From contig OZ252293.1 of the NCBI GenBank assembly GCA_965250185.1, positions 1,607,862 to 1,671,861 of the forward strand: a stretch of DNA of 64,000 nucleotides. Direction: 5' to 3'. The DNA is from Vicinamibacterales bacterium. GTDB lineage: Bacteria; Acidobacteriota; Vicinamibacteria; Vicinamibacterales; G965250185. The notes below the pieces were generated by a model. That model was not told where the DNA came from, did no database searches, and worked only from the letters and a program-made list of their open reading frames with translations. The first letter of the stretch is position 1. Each line of letters begins with the position of its first letter. This document shows, piece after piece, positions 39,227 through 48,479 of the stretch. Both the position numbers and the translations under genes were made by a program.

Positions 39227-42200
39227 GTGGCGCTGGATCGCGTCAATCATCGAATGTTCGTGCCCGAGCCGGGCAACATCCGGGTGCTCGTCTATCAGCT
39301 GGACGAGCAGGGTCGCCACGTGCGGCATACCGCCGACCACGTGGTCGGCCATCGCAGCCTGCTGGGTCGTCGGCGTCAGTCGGAGGTCAATCGTAACGAT
39401 GGCGCGGGTGGGGCGGAGACGGGCCTGGCCGTGGACAATGTGCACCAGCGCTTATTCGTACGCGACCGCAATCGTGTCCTGACGTTCGACATCCAGCCCG
39501 ACGAACTGGAGGACTACCCGGCGGCGACCCATGTCATCGGCCAGCCGGATTTCGAAACCCTGGTCCCCGGGACGAGCCGACGCAAGTTTCGTGGGAGCGA
39601 GCTGATCGTCGACGACGAGCATCAACGGCTCTTCGTGGAGGATGGCGAGCGGATTGTTGTCTTCGACATTCATCCCGATCGACTCACCGACTATCCCGAG
39701 GCCCAGGTCGTCATCGGCCAGCCAGACTTCGAGAGCCGCCTGCGCGGGGTCGGCCCGAACCGTCTGTCGAGGGCGCACGGCCTGGCGTTCGATCCAGACG
39801 AGCAGCGGCTGTTCGTGTCGGATCAGAACAACAATCGGATACTGGTGTTCGACGTCCATCCTGATCGGCTCGAGAACGAACCTGATGCGATCGCCGTGCT
39901 CGGTCAGCCGGATTTCGACACCACGATCCGTCGGTTCGTGGGAGCCGCCGCTCCACCGGAAGAGCGACGGGGAACCCGCGCGATGACGCCCGGCGGCCTC
40001 GACTACGACCCGGTGTACCACCGACTGTTCGTGAGCCAGCTCGTCGACAACCGAATCCTCGTATTCGACGCCGCGCCCGGCCAGATGCAGCACGACCCCG
40101 AGGCCATCGCGGTGCTGGGGCAGCCCGACTTCACGACCTTCGATCCAAACGTGTCGCGGACGAACTTCGCCTTCCCGAAGGACCCGTCCGTGGATCCGGA
40201 CAAGCAGATTCTGTACGTCTCCGAAGGGTTTCCGGGCGGCAACCGTGTCGTGGCCTTCGACATCCGACCCGAGCATCTGCGCAACGGTGCGCCGGCCGTC
40301 GACGTGATCGGTCACGTCGACGATCAGGGCGAGGACGATTTCGATCGCCGGATGGCCAACGACCGGCTCGACGCGCGCACCGGGACCATGATCCGTGCGG
40401 TCGCTCTCGACGAGGTCGACCATCGCCTCTGGGTGGCTGACGAGTACAACAATCGCGTGCTCGGCTTTCAGCTCGACAGTCACAATCGGCTGCTCGAGCT
40501 CGAGGCCCGCTGGGTCTTCGGCCAGAAGGACTTCCGGAGCGCGACAGCCGCACGATCGGCCACCGGCTTGAAGATTCCCCTGGCGGTCGCCTACGACCAC
40601 AGGGACAAGCGGCTCTACGTCGGGGACGGCTGGAACGATCGGGTTCTGATCTATGACGTCGATCCGGCACACCTACGGCCGGGCGGAGACCAGCGAGCGT
40701 CCGTCGTGTTGGGGCAGGCGGATTTCGAGACTCAGGACCCGCGGACCGAGCGAGACCGGTTCGACTTCGCGGTGGACCTCGGTCGTGGGATCGCGTCCAA
40801 CATGCTGCCGGTCGGCATGGCGATCGACCCGAAGGGCCGACGAGCCTTCGTCTCGGACGGCGGGAACAACCGCATCCTCGTGTTCGACATCCACAAGGAT
40901 CGTCTGCGAAGTGGCGCCGAGGCACTGGACGTCATCGGTCAGCCGGATTTCACCTCGTCGGAAGCGCGCCTCGGTCCCGGTGGCCTCAACGCGCCGGGAC
41001 ATCTCGCGTTCGATCCCGATGGCAACCGACTGTTTGCGGTCGACAACCGGCACCACCGGGTCCTGGTATTCGACGTCGCGCTCGAGGCGCTCCGTGCTGG
41101 CAAGGACGCTCGATTCGTACTGGGTCAGCCTGATCTCTCGACCACGACGCCTCCGGAGCGATTGCGCGGAGCGGGTAAGGTCGTCTCGGAGACGACCTTG
41201 ATCTCCCCTAACGGCGTCGCATACGACCGGATCCGTCAACGCCTCTTCGTGTCGGACCAGGGCAGCAATCGCGTGCTCACGTTCGACGTCGAGGCGGCTC
41301 GAATGCGCAACAACCTGCCGGCCACCGAGGTCTACGGCCAGCGGGATGCTCGGACCACGTCGGACCAGGTCGAGAGTGACCTGTCGGCGCAGGACCAGTT
41401 GTACGACCCTCGCGGGCTGGCGTTCGACTCGGTGAACCAGCAGTTGTATGTGACTGATTCCCACTGGGCTCGGCTCATGATCTTCACCGCCGCCGACTCG
41501 TCCCACCCGGCGAAGCTCGCGCCCGGCGGTTTCCAGCGCTTCAGCTCGCTCGATCCCATGATGGTTCTGAGTCCCTGGACGGGCCAGGCCGGATACGGCC
41601 GGCTGGGCGACGCGCGTGTCGCACGGGGCGTCTATATGCAGACGCGGACGCGCTTCGATATGGATCCGCTGACCGAGCAGCAGAGCCGTGTGCTGGTCAG
41701 TCAGTCGGCTGCGACGATGCGATCTCCGACCCGACGCACGTATGGGTTCGCCGACGGTCGAGGGGGCACGACGAGCTGGGTCTCGGTGGTCAATCCGAGT
41801 TCCGCGACGGCGCGTCTGGATATTCGTCTCCGAGATCAGGATGGCACGACTACGTCGGCGAGCCATGTGCTCTCGGCCGGAGAGAGCCTCAGGGCTGACC
41901 TGTCCGCGCTCATGGAGCATGACTTCGCCACCGCTGCGTTCACCGTCACGAGCGACGTGGCCGTCGCGGTTGCCGCGTGGACCTCGGTCGAGAATCGGCG
42001 CGGCGAGATCGTCGAGACGACCCTGCCGACGGCCGCCGAGGACGCCCCGCGGTCGATGGCGGTCGCCAACGTGATGTACGGTGGTGGATTCCAGACCGAC
42101 ATCGTGCTGATGAACCCGGAGTCCGAGCCGGCGCGAGGCTTCGTCGCCCTGTTCGACCACGCCGGCAAGGAGCTCGAACACCAGCTGTATGTCGTCGAGC

Positions 42201-42859
42201 CTGGCGCGGCCCTGGTCTGGCAGCCACCGACCACCGGCCTCGTCCCGCGGTCCGGTTATGTTCGCGTTCGACCGACGTCCAGCATGCAGCCAGCGATGGC
42301 CACGATCGTGCGACGTGAGGACGCAGGATTGATCACGATGACGAGCTCGCCGGTCGCCGTCGATGTCGAGCGCGGGTCCCTGCCCGTCAATACGATGCCC
42401 GATCTCATTCGCCACGGGCGGCGGACGTCGCTCGATCTTGTGATCGCGAATCCCGGCGCACACGGCGCAGCGATCCGGATGATCTTGCGTGATCTGGAGG
42501 GACGAGAGGTCGGTCGCGCCGAGCAGCTGATTCTGCCCGAGAGCCAGAGCGACTTCACGCTCGCCAGCCTGTTCGATCGTGCGAGGTTCGCCGGGTCGTT
42601 GACCCTCGTCTCCGACGTACCGGTGGCCGTGTCGGCGCGCCAGGTCACGGTCAACGTCGTCGGCGACGAGATTTTGACCGAACTGCCGGTCATGGCGCTG
42701 ACCGGAGGCCAGCCCGTCGGTCCCGCCGTCTTCCCGTTCACCGACGGAGACGGCGCGTCGACTCAGATGTTCCTCCTGTCGAGCGATGGTGAGGCGGTCG
42801 AGACCGAGCTCCAGTTCTTCGCGGCTGGCGGTCAGTCGCTCGAGGTATTGCTCCGATGA
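39227..42859 (+). CDS. NHL-repeat beta-propeller protein with C-terminal repeated beta-modules
   Basis: Carries at least 13 repeats of the pattern 'P.G(L/V)A.D....RLFV.D..NNR(I/V)LVFD(I/V)'. The C-terminal ~370 aa are three to four ~100-aa modules ('VVNPS...D..G', 'SDVPVAV'). Confidence 0.8.
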   Translation: MALDRVNHRMFVPEPGNIRVLVYQLDEQGRHVRHTADHVVGHRSLLGRRRQSEVNRNDGAGGAETGLAVDNVHQRLFVRDRNRVLTFDIQPDELEDYPAATHVIGQPDFETLVPGTSRRKFRGSELIVDDEHQRLFVEDGERIVVFDIHPDRLTDYPEAQVVIGQPDFESRLRGVGPNRLSRAHGLAFDPDEQRLFVSDQNNNRILVFDVHPDRLENEPDAIAVLGQPDFDTTIRRFVGAAAPPEERRGTRAMTPGGLDYDPVYHRLFVSQLVDNRILVFDAAPGQMQHDPEAIAVLGQPDFTTFDPNVSRTNFAFPKDPSVDPDKQILYVSEGFPGGNRVVAFDIRPEHLRNGAPAVDVIGHVDDQGEDDFDRRMANDRLDARTGTMIRAVALDEVDHRLWVADEYNNRVLGFQLDSHNRLLELEARWVFGQKDFRSATAARSATGLKIPLAVAYDHRDKRLYVGDGWNDRVLIYDVDPAHLRPGGDQRASVVLGQADFETQDPRTERDRFDFAVDLGRGIASNMLPVGMAIDPKGRRAFVSDGGNNRILVFDIHKDRLRSGAEALDVIGQPDFTSSEARLGPGGLNAPGHLAFDPDGNRLFAVDNRHHRVLVFDVALEALRAGKDARFVLGQPDLSTTTPPERLRGAGKVVSETTLISPNGVAYDRIRQRLFVSDQGSNRVLTFDVEAARMRNNLPATEVYGQRDARTTSDQVESDLSAQDQLYDPRGLAFDSVNQQLYVTDSHWARLMIFTAADSSHPAKLAPGGFQRFSSLDPMMVLSPWTGQAGYGRLGDARVARGVYMQTRTRFDMDPLTEQQSRVLVSQSAATMRSPTRRTYGFADGRGGTTSWVSVVNPSSATARLDIRLRDQDGTTTSASHVLSAGESLRADLSALMEHDFATAAFTVTSDVAVAVAAWTSVENRRGEIVETTLPTAAEDAPRSMAVANVMYGGGFQTDIVLMNPESEPARGFVALFDHAGKELEHQLYVVEPGAALVWQPPTTGLVPRSGYVRVRPTSSMQPAMATIVRREDAGLITMTSSPVAVDVERGSLPVNTMPDLIRHGRRTSLDLVIANPGAHGAAIRMILRDLEGREVGRAEQLILPESQSDFTLASLFDRARFAGSLTLVSDVPVAVSARQVTVNVVGDEILTELPVMALTGGQPVGPAVFPFTDGDGASTQMFLLSSDGEAVETELQFFAAGGQSLEVLLR

Positions 42860-44433
42860 GAAGGGCCCTCGCGTTGGTCGCGACCCTCGCAGTGCCAACG
42901 GCGCTCGTGACGTCGGGGTGTGCATTCCTGGAAGCGCCTGCGGAGCCACCAGCCTTCGAGATCGTCGAGGCCACGATCGCGGAGATCCACGCCGCCATGC
43001 GGGAGGGCCGTGTCACTGCGCGTGAGCTGGTCGACGCGTCGCTGGCCCGGATCGAGGCGTACGACAAGTCCGGCCCCGCCCTCAACGCGATCGTCGTCGT
43101 CAACCCGGACGCGCGCGAGCGGGCCGCGGAACTGGACGCGGCGTTTGCCTCCGGTGGCCTGACCGGGCCGCTCCACGGCATCCCGATGATCGTCAAGGAC
43201 AACTACGACACCGCCGACCTGCCGACGACCGCCGGATCGCTGTCCCTGGAGGGATCCATCCCTCCGGATGATGCGTTCCAGGTTCAGAAGCTACGAGAGG
43301 CCGGCGCGATCGTGGTGGCCAAGTCGAACATGGCCGAGTTCGCGTTCTCGCCATACGAGACCGTCGGGTCGGCGTTGCCTGGTTACACGCGTAACCCGTA
43401 CGCGTTGAATCGCGTGACCGCCGGGTCGAGTGGAGGAACGGCCGCGGCCGTGGCGGCGAGCTTCGGCGTCGCCGGGCTCGGGACGGACACGGGCAACTCG
43501 ATTCGCGGACCTTCGTCGCATCAGAGTCTCGTCGGCATTCGGTCGACCATGGGGCTCACCAGTCGTGACGGTATCGTGCCGCTCAGCCTCGGGCGTGATA
43601 TCGGCGGCCCGATGGCCCGCACGGTCGCCGACGCCGTGGCCGTGTTCGACGTGATCGCTGGCGAGGATCCCGCGGACCCAGTGACGGCGCAGAGTCGCGA
43701 CCTGAGGGCCGCGCGGTACGCCGACTCCCTGCGGCTCGACGGTCTCACCGGCGCGCGTATCGGGGTCCTGCGGGAGATGTCGGACGAGACCGCCGACCCC
43801 GAGGTGATTGCCCGGCTCGACGAGGCGCTCGAGGTCATGCGAACGCTCGGGGCGACGATCGTCGATCCGGTCGCGATCGGACCGGATGACGATCCGCCCG
43901 GTCCCGACGACCCGCGGTGCAGCCCGTTCGCGTTCCAGATGAGCGCCTACCTGGCGACCCTCGGCGACGAGGCGCCGGTCAAGAACGTGCAGGAGATTCT
44001 GGACTCGGAGCGCTTCCATCCGTCCATCGAGGAACGCCTCGGGCGGGCACTGGAGACGGAACTGCCGGCGCACGTGCAGCCGGGCTGTCAGGCGCGCGCC
44101 GAACGGGACGAGCGGCTTCGCGAGCGCGTCCGTGCCGCCCTCGCAGAGGACGAGCTGGATGCGCTCGTGTACCCAACCTGGGATAATCCGCCACGGCTCA
44201 TCGGTGACCTGAACTCGCCGCACGGGAACAACTCGTGGCAGCTGTCGCCGCCGACCGGTTTTCCGGCCGTGACCGTGCCGATGGGCTTCGTGGGTAACGG
44301 TCTCCCCGTCGGCCTGCAGATCCTCGGCGATGCCTGGTCCGAGCCGAAACTGATCGAGATCGCGTACTCGTATGAGCAGGGTACGAATCATCGGGTGGCG
44401 CCGGCGACCGTGCCGGCGCTCGACGGGTCGTAG
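42856..44433 (+). CDS. Amidase-signature family lipoprotein
   Basis: The lipobox is 'VTSGC'. 'GGSSGGTAAAVAA' and 'GTDTGNSIRGPS' are AS-family motifs. It makes an ATGA overlap with the NHL gene stop. Confidence 0.85.
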   Translation: MRRALALVATLAVPTALVTSGCAFLEAPAEPPAFEIVEATIAEIHAAMREGRVTARELVDASLARIEAYDKSGPALNAIVVVNPDARERAAELDAAFASGGLTGPLHGIPMIVKDNYDTADLPTTAGSLSLEGSIPPDDAFQVQKLREAGAIVVAKSNMAEFAFSPYETVGSALPGYTRNPYALNRVTAGSSGGTAAAVAASFGVAGLGTDTGNSIRGPSSHQSLVGIRSTMGLTSRDGIVPLSLGRDIGGPMARTVADAVAVFDVIAGEDPADPVTAQSRDLRAARYADSLRLDGLTGARIGVLREMSDETADPEVIARLDEALEVMRTLGATIVDPVAIGPDDDPPGPDDPRCSPFAFQMSAYLATLGDEAPVKNVQEILDSERFHPSIEERLGRALETELPAHVQPGCQARAERDERLRERVRAALAEDELDALVYPTWDNPPRLIGDLNSPHGNNSWQLSPPTGFPAVTVPMGFVGNGLPVGLQILGDAWSEPKLIEIAYSYEQGTNHRVAPATVPALDGS

Positions 44434-44472
44434 GCGTGCAGGTCGTAGACTCGCTGCATGAAGGAGGGCCTC

Positions 44473-44637
44473 GATGCCCAAGTGCCTGGAGTGTGATGCC
44501 GAGGTCGATCTCGCCGCCGATGTCGAAGCGGGGGAGATCGTCGAGTGTCGGGATTGCGGAACGGAGTTCGAGGTGACCTCCGTCAATCCGGCGGAACTTG
44601 CGCCGGCGCCGAAGGAAGAAGAGGACTGGGGCGAATG
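44473..44637 (+). CDS. lysW: Amino-group carrier protein LysW
   Basis: 54-aa ORF absent from the track: [54 protein letters not shown]. It has a CxxC...CxxC zinc ribbon and the signature C-terminal EDWGE. Its stop overlaps the lysX ATG. Confidence 0.8.
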
Positions 44638-45489
44638 AAGCTTGGTGTCCTGTGCTCGCTCGTGCGTGTCGAGGAGAAGCTGATCTTCGCGGCGCTCCGC
44701 GACCGCGGGCTGGCGTTCGAGAGGATCGACGACCGGCGCCTGATCCTGGAGATGGACGAGCGCGGCTTTTCCTGCGACGTCGTGCTGGAGCGGGCCATCA
44801 ACCACTCGCGAGCGCTGCACACGCTGAAGGTCCTGAACGATCGGGGCGTTCGGACGGTCAACACCTGGGACGTCGCCAACACGTGCGGCGACAAGCTGCT
44901 CACGACCAATGCGCTCGTCGTGCACGGGGTGCCGACGCCGCGAACGCTGGTGGCCTACACGCCCGAGTCCGCGCTCGACGCGATCGATCGGCTCGGATAC
45001 CCGGTGGTGCTCAAGCCGGCGGTCGGTTCCTGGGGACGACTGCTCGCGCGCGTCAACGATCGGTATGCCGCTGAAGCGTTGCTCGAGCACAAGGAGATTC
45101 TCGGCTCGTACCATCACTCGACGTTCTACATTCAGGAATACGTCGACAAACCCGATCGAGACATCCGGGCGTTCGTCGTCGGAGACGCGATGGTGGCGGC
45201 CATCTACCGGCACTCCGCGCACTGGATCACGAACACCGCGAGAGGCGGCAAGACGACGAACTGTCCGGTGACCGATGAGCTGCAGGACGTGTGCATCCGG
45301 GCGGCGCAGGCCGTCGGCGGCGGCGTGGTAGCCATCGACCTCTTCGAGACGCCCGCGGGCTTGCTCGTGAACGAGGTCAACTACACGATGGAGTTCCGCA
45401 ACAGCATCGACGTGACCGGGGTCCCCATCCACGAGCGCATCGTCGATTACGTCGTGCAGGTGGGGTCGGGCGCCGGAGCCCCGGCCTGA
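44635..45489 (+). CDS. lysX: RimK-type ATP-grasp ligase LysX
   Basis: ORF trimmed to ATG 44635 ([16 protein letters not shown]). It has an ATP-grasp fold ('[14 protein letters not shown]', 'FYIQEYV') and sits next to lysW. Confidence 0.85.
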   Translation: MKLGVLCSLVRVEEKLIFAALRDRGLAFERIDDRRLILEMDERGFSCDVVLERAINHSRALHTLKVLNDRGVRTVNTWDVANTCGDKLLTTNALVVHGVPTPRTLVAYTPESALDAIDRLGYPVVLKPAVGSWGRLLARVNDRYAAEALLEHKEILGSYHHSTFYIQEYVDKPDRDIRAFVVGDAMVAAIYRHSAHWITNTARGGKTTNCPVTDELQDVCIRAAQAVGGGVVAIDLFETPAGLLVNEVNYTMEFRNSIDVTGVPIHERIVDYVVQVGSGAGAPA

Positions 45490-46520
45490 TGAAGGTCGGC
45501 ATCCTCGGAGCGTCCGGGTACGTCGGTGGCGAACTGGTGCGTTTGCTGCTCGGCCATCCCGAGGTGGATCTCCGGCAGGTCACGTCCGAACGGTTCGCCG
45601 GCAAGTACGTGACCGGCGTGCACCCGAACCTTCGCGGCCGAACCGCCCTCAAGTTCTGCCGTCTCGAGGATCTCTCGCCCTGCGATCTCGTGTTCGCAGC
45701 GCTGCCGCATGGCAGTTTCATGAAGCGGTTCTCGGAGCTCAAGGCGGTTGCCCCGAGAATCATCGACCTCAGCGCCGACTTCCGGTTGCGGTCGCCCGAG
45801 GCGTACCGCCGCTGGTACGGGCACGATCACGACGACCCGACCGCTCTGTCAGGATTCGTCTACGGGCTGGTCGAGCTGCATCGAGCCGAACTGCGCGACG
45901 CGACGTACGCGACGGGCGCTGGCTGCCTGGCCACGACGGCCATCCTTGGCCTGGCGCCGATCTTCGACGCCGGCGTCGTCCGGGAGAACGAGGTGTTCAT
46001 CGAGGCGAAGGTCGGGTCCTCGGCAGCCGGCAATCGCGAGAGCCCGAGTTCCCATCATCCCGAGCGCAGTGGGGCGTTGCGCTCCTTCCAGCCGACCGGC
46101 CATCGTCACACCGGAGAGATCGTGCAGGAGCTGAAGGGCGCGCCGCACGTGCACTTCAGCGCGACCGCGATCGAGGCGGTACGGGGCGTCCTCGTGACGG
46201 CGCACGTCCGACTCGCGGAGCCGCTCGAGACCAGGGATCTCTGGCGCATCTATCGGAGCTTCTACCCGGACGAGCCGTTCGTCCGGATCGTCAAGGAGAC
46301 CCGCGGCATCTTCCGGTATCCCGAGCCCAAGATCTTGATCGGGTCGAACTACTGCGATGTCGGGTTCGAGCGGGACCCGGATGGGGATCGGGTCGTCGTG
46401 ATGTCGGCGATCGACAATCTCATGAAAGGCGCCTCAGGCAACGGCGTCCAGGCGATGAATGTCATGGCCGGATGGGACGAGCGCGCTGGCCTCGATTTCC
46501 CAGGGCTGCACCCGGTCTGA
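45489..46520 (+). CDS. lysY: LysW-aminoadipyl/glutamyl-phosphate reductase (ArgC/LysY)
   Basis: ORF trimmed to ATG 45489. '[20 protein letters not shown]' is the NAD(P) motif and 'GAGCLAT' fits the catalytic Cys region. Confidence 0.85.
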   Translation: MKVGILGASGYVGGELVRLLLGHPEVDLRQVTSERFAGKYVTGVHPNLRGRTALKFCRLEDLSPCDLVFAALPHGSFMKRFSELKAVAPRIIDLSADFRLRSPEAYRRWYGHDHDDPTALSGFVYGLVELHRAELRDATYATGAGCLATTAILGLAPIFDAGVVRENEVFIEAKVGSSAAGNRESPSSHHPERSGALRSFQPTGHRHTGEIVQELKGAPHVHFSATAIEAVRGVLVTAHVRLAEPLETRDLWRIYRSFYPDEPFVRIVKETRGIFRYPEPKILIGSNYCDVGFERDPDGDRVVVMSAIDNLMKGASGNGVQAMNVMAGWDERAGLDFPGLHPV

Positions 46521-47344
46521 TGCTGGTGATCAAGATTGGCGGCGGGCAGGGTATCCGCTACGACACGATGGCGGCCGATGTCGCCGAGTTGCACCGAGCC
46601 GGCGACCGCGTCGTTCTCGTGCACGGCGGGTCGCATGAGACGAACGTGCTGTCGGAGAGGCTCGGCAAGCCACCGCGTTTCGTGACGTCGCCATCCGGCC
46701 ACGAGAGTCGGTTCACCGATCGCGAGACGCTCGAGATCTTCGAGATGGTCTACTGCGGCAAGATCAACAAAGGCCTCGTGGAGCAGTTCCAGAGCCTGGG
46801 CGTCCAGGCGATCGGGCTATCGGGCGTCGACGGGCGCCTGCTTCAGGCGAAGCGCAAGGAGACGATCACGATCGTCGAGAATGGTCGAAAGCGCGTCCTG
46901 AGAGGCGACCACACCGGTAGGATCGAGGCGGTCAACGTGTCGTTGCTCAGCCTGTTGCTCGACGCCGGCTACCTGCCGGTCATTACACCGCCGGCCATCA
47001 GCCACGAGCACGTCGCGGTCAATGTGGACGGTGACCGTGCGGCCGCCCGGATCGCCGGCGCGCTGGGCGCCGAGCACCTCGTGATTCTCTCCAACGTGCC
47101 GGGGCTGTTACGCGACCTGGCCGATCCCGGATCCCTCGTCACTGCGATCGAGGCGTCGCGCCTCGACGAGTTCATGGAGCTGGCGCTCGGACGCATGAAG
47201 CGAAAGATGCTTGCGGCCAAGGAGGCGCTGGCCGCCGGCGTACGGCAGGTCGTACTCGGTGACGCCCGCATCGAGATGCCCGTCAAGGCCGCCCTGGCCG
47301 GGAAAGGCACGGTGATTGCTGCCCGTGAGCACGCGTCCTCTTGA
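46520..47344 (+). CDS. lysZ: Amino-acid kinase LysZ/ArgB
   Basis: ORF trimmed to ATG 46520. 'MLVIKIGGG' and 'VLVHGGS' are amino-acid-kinase motifs. Confidence 0.8.
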   Translation: MLVIKIGGGQGIRYDTMAADVAELHRAGDRVVLVHGGSHETNVLSERLGKPPRFVTSPSGHESRFTDRETLEIFEMVYCGKINKGLVEQFQSLGVQAIGLSGVDGRLLQAKRKETITIVENGRKRVLRGDHTGRIEAVNVSLLSLLLDAGYLPVITPPAISHEHVAVNVDGDRAAARIAGALGAEHLVILSNVPGLLRDLADPGSLVTAIEASRLDEFMELALGRMKRKMLAAKEALAAGVRQVVLGDARIEMPVKAALAGKGTVIAAREHASS

Positions 47345-48479
47345 AGACCGCCACACGCCAGGCACGTATGCCAAGCGCCCGATCGTCCTGACCCGCGGCG
47401 CGGGTGTGCGCGTCTGGGATGACCAGGACCGGGAATATGTCGACTGCACCGCCGGCATCGGGGTCGCCGCGCTCGGCCACGCCCATCCGGTCATCGTTGA
47501 AGCACTCTCGGCCCAGTCCCAGCGACTGATCACGTGCCAGGAGCTGTTCTACAACGACGAGCGCGCCCGATTGCTCGCCTTGCTCGATTCGATCACGCCG
47601 CCGTCGCTGGACCGATTCTTCCTGAGCAACTCCGGGACCGAGGCGAACGAGGCCGCGCTCAAGTTCGCCCGTGTCTCGACAGGGCGCACAGGGATCGTGG
47701 CGACCATGCGCGGGTATCACGGGAAGTCGATGGGGTCGCTCAGCGCGACCTGGGAGCGCAGGTTCCGCGAGCCGTTCGAGCCCCTGGTGCCCGGCTTCTC
47801 GTTCATCAGGTACGACGACGCGGATGGCGCAGCGGTGGGTATCTCCGATGACACGGCCGCCGTCATCGTGGAGGTCGTGCAGGGCGAAGGCGGCGTGCGC
47901 CCGGCGAGCCCAGAGTTTCTTGCCGAGCTCCGCCGGCTCTGCACCGAGCGCGGGGCGCTGTTGATCGTCGACGAGGTGCAGACCGGATTCGGTCGTACCG
48001 GCAAGATGTTCGCGTACGAGCACTATGGCCTCGAGCCAGACCTGGTGACCATGGCGAAGGCGGCCGCCGGGGGTCTCCCGATCGGGATCACCGCCTTCGG
48101 TCCGGCGGTCGGGACGCTCCCGACGCAGAGCCACACCTCGACGTTCGGCGGCAATCCGCTGTCGTGTGCCGTGGCGCGGGCGGTCATCGACTTCATGATC
48201 GCGGAGAAGCTGGCACGCCACGCGGCCGATATGGGACGCCATCTCCGGGATGCTGTCGGCAGGCTCGAGAGCAAGAAGATCCGCGAGGTCCGGGGTCTCG
48301 GCCTGATGATCGGGATCGAGCTGAAGGAGCCGGCCGGGCCGTACGTCGAACGCTTGATGCACGATGGAGTCCTCGTGCTGCTGGCAGGGCGCACGGTGAT
48401 TCGGCTCCTGCCACCGCTGATCATCGATCGACAGGATATCGATTTCGTCGTCGACCGGCTCGGTCGGGTGCTGGCGTGA
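47316..48479 (+). CDS. lysJ: Class III aminotransferase LysJ/ArgD
   Basis: Contains '[15 protein letters not shown]' and '[15 protein letters not shown]', with the PLP lysine in 'TMAKA'. The start may be GTG 47328. Confidence 0.85.
   Translation: MLPVSTRPLEDRHTPGTYAKRPIVLTRGAGVRVWDDQDREYVDCTAGIGVAALGHAHPVIVEALSAQSQRLITCQELFYNDERARLLALLDSITPPSLDRFFLSNSGTEANEAALKFARVSTGRTGIVATMRGYHGKSMGSLSATWERRFREPFEPLVPGFSFIRYDDADGAAVGISDDTAAVIVEVVQGEGGVRPASPEFLAELRRLCTERGALLIVDEVQTGFGRTGKMFAYEHYGLEPDLVTMAKAAAGGLPIGITAFGPAVGTLPTQSHTSTFGGNPLSCAVARAVIDFMIAEKLARHAADMGRHLRDAVGRLESKKIREVRGLGLMIGIELKEPAGPYVERLMHDGVLVLLAGRTVIRLLPPLIIDRQDIDFVVDRLGRVLA

Noticed and set aside
40673-42949. 758-aa minus-strand ORF
   Set aside because: It is antisense to the NHL-repeat gene, whose periodic repeat structure proves the + frame. 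The minus ORF is low-complexity and R-rich. The same applies to 39452..40672(-), 37164..38546(+) opposite M14, and 43291..45432(-) opposite amidase/lysW/lysX.
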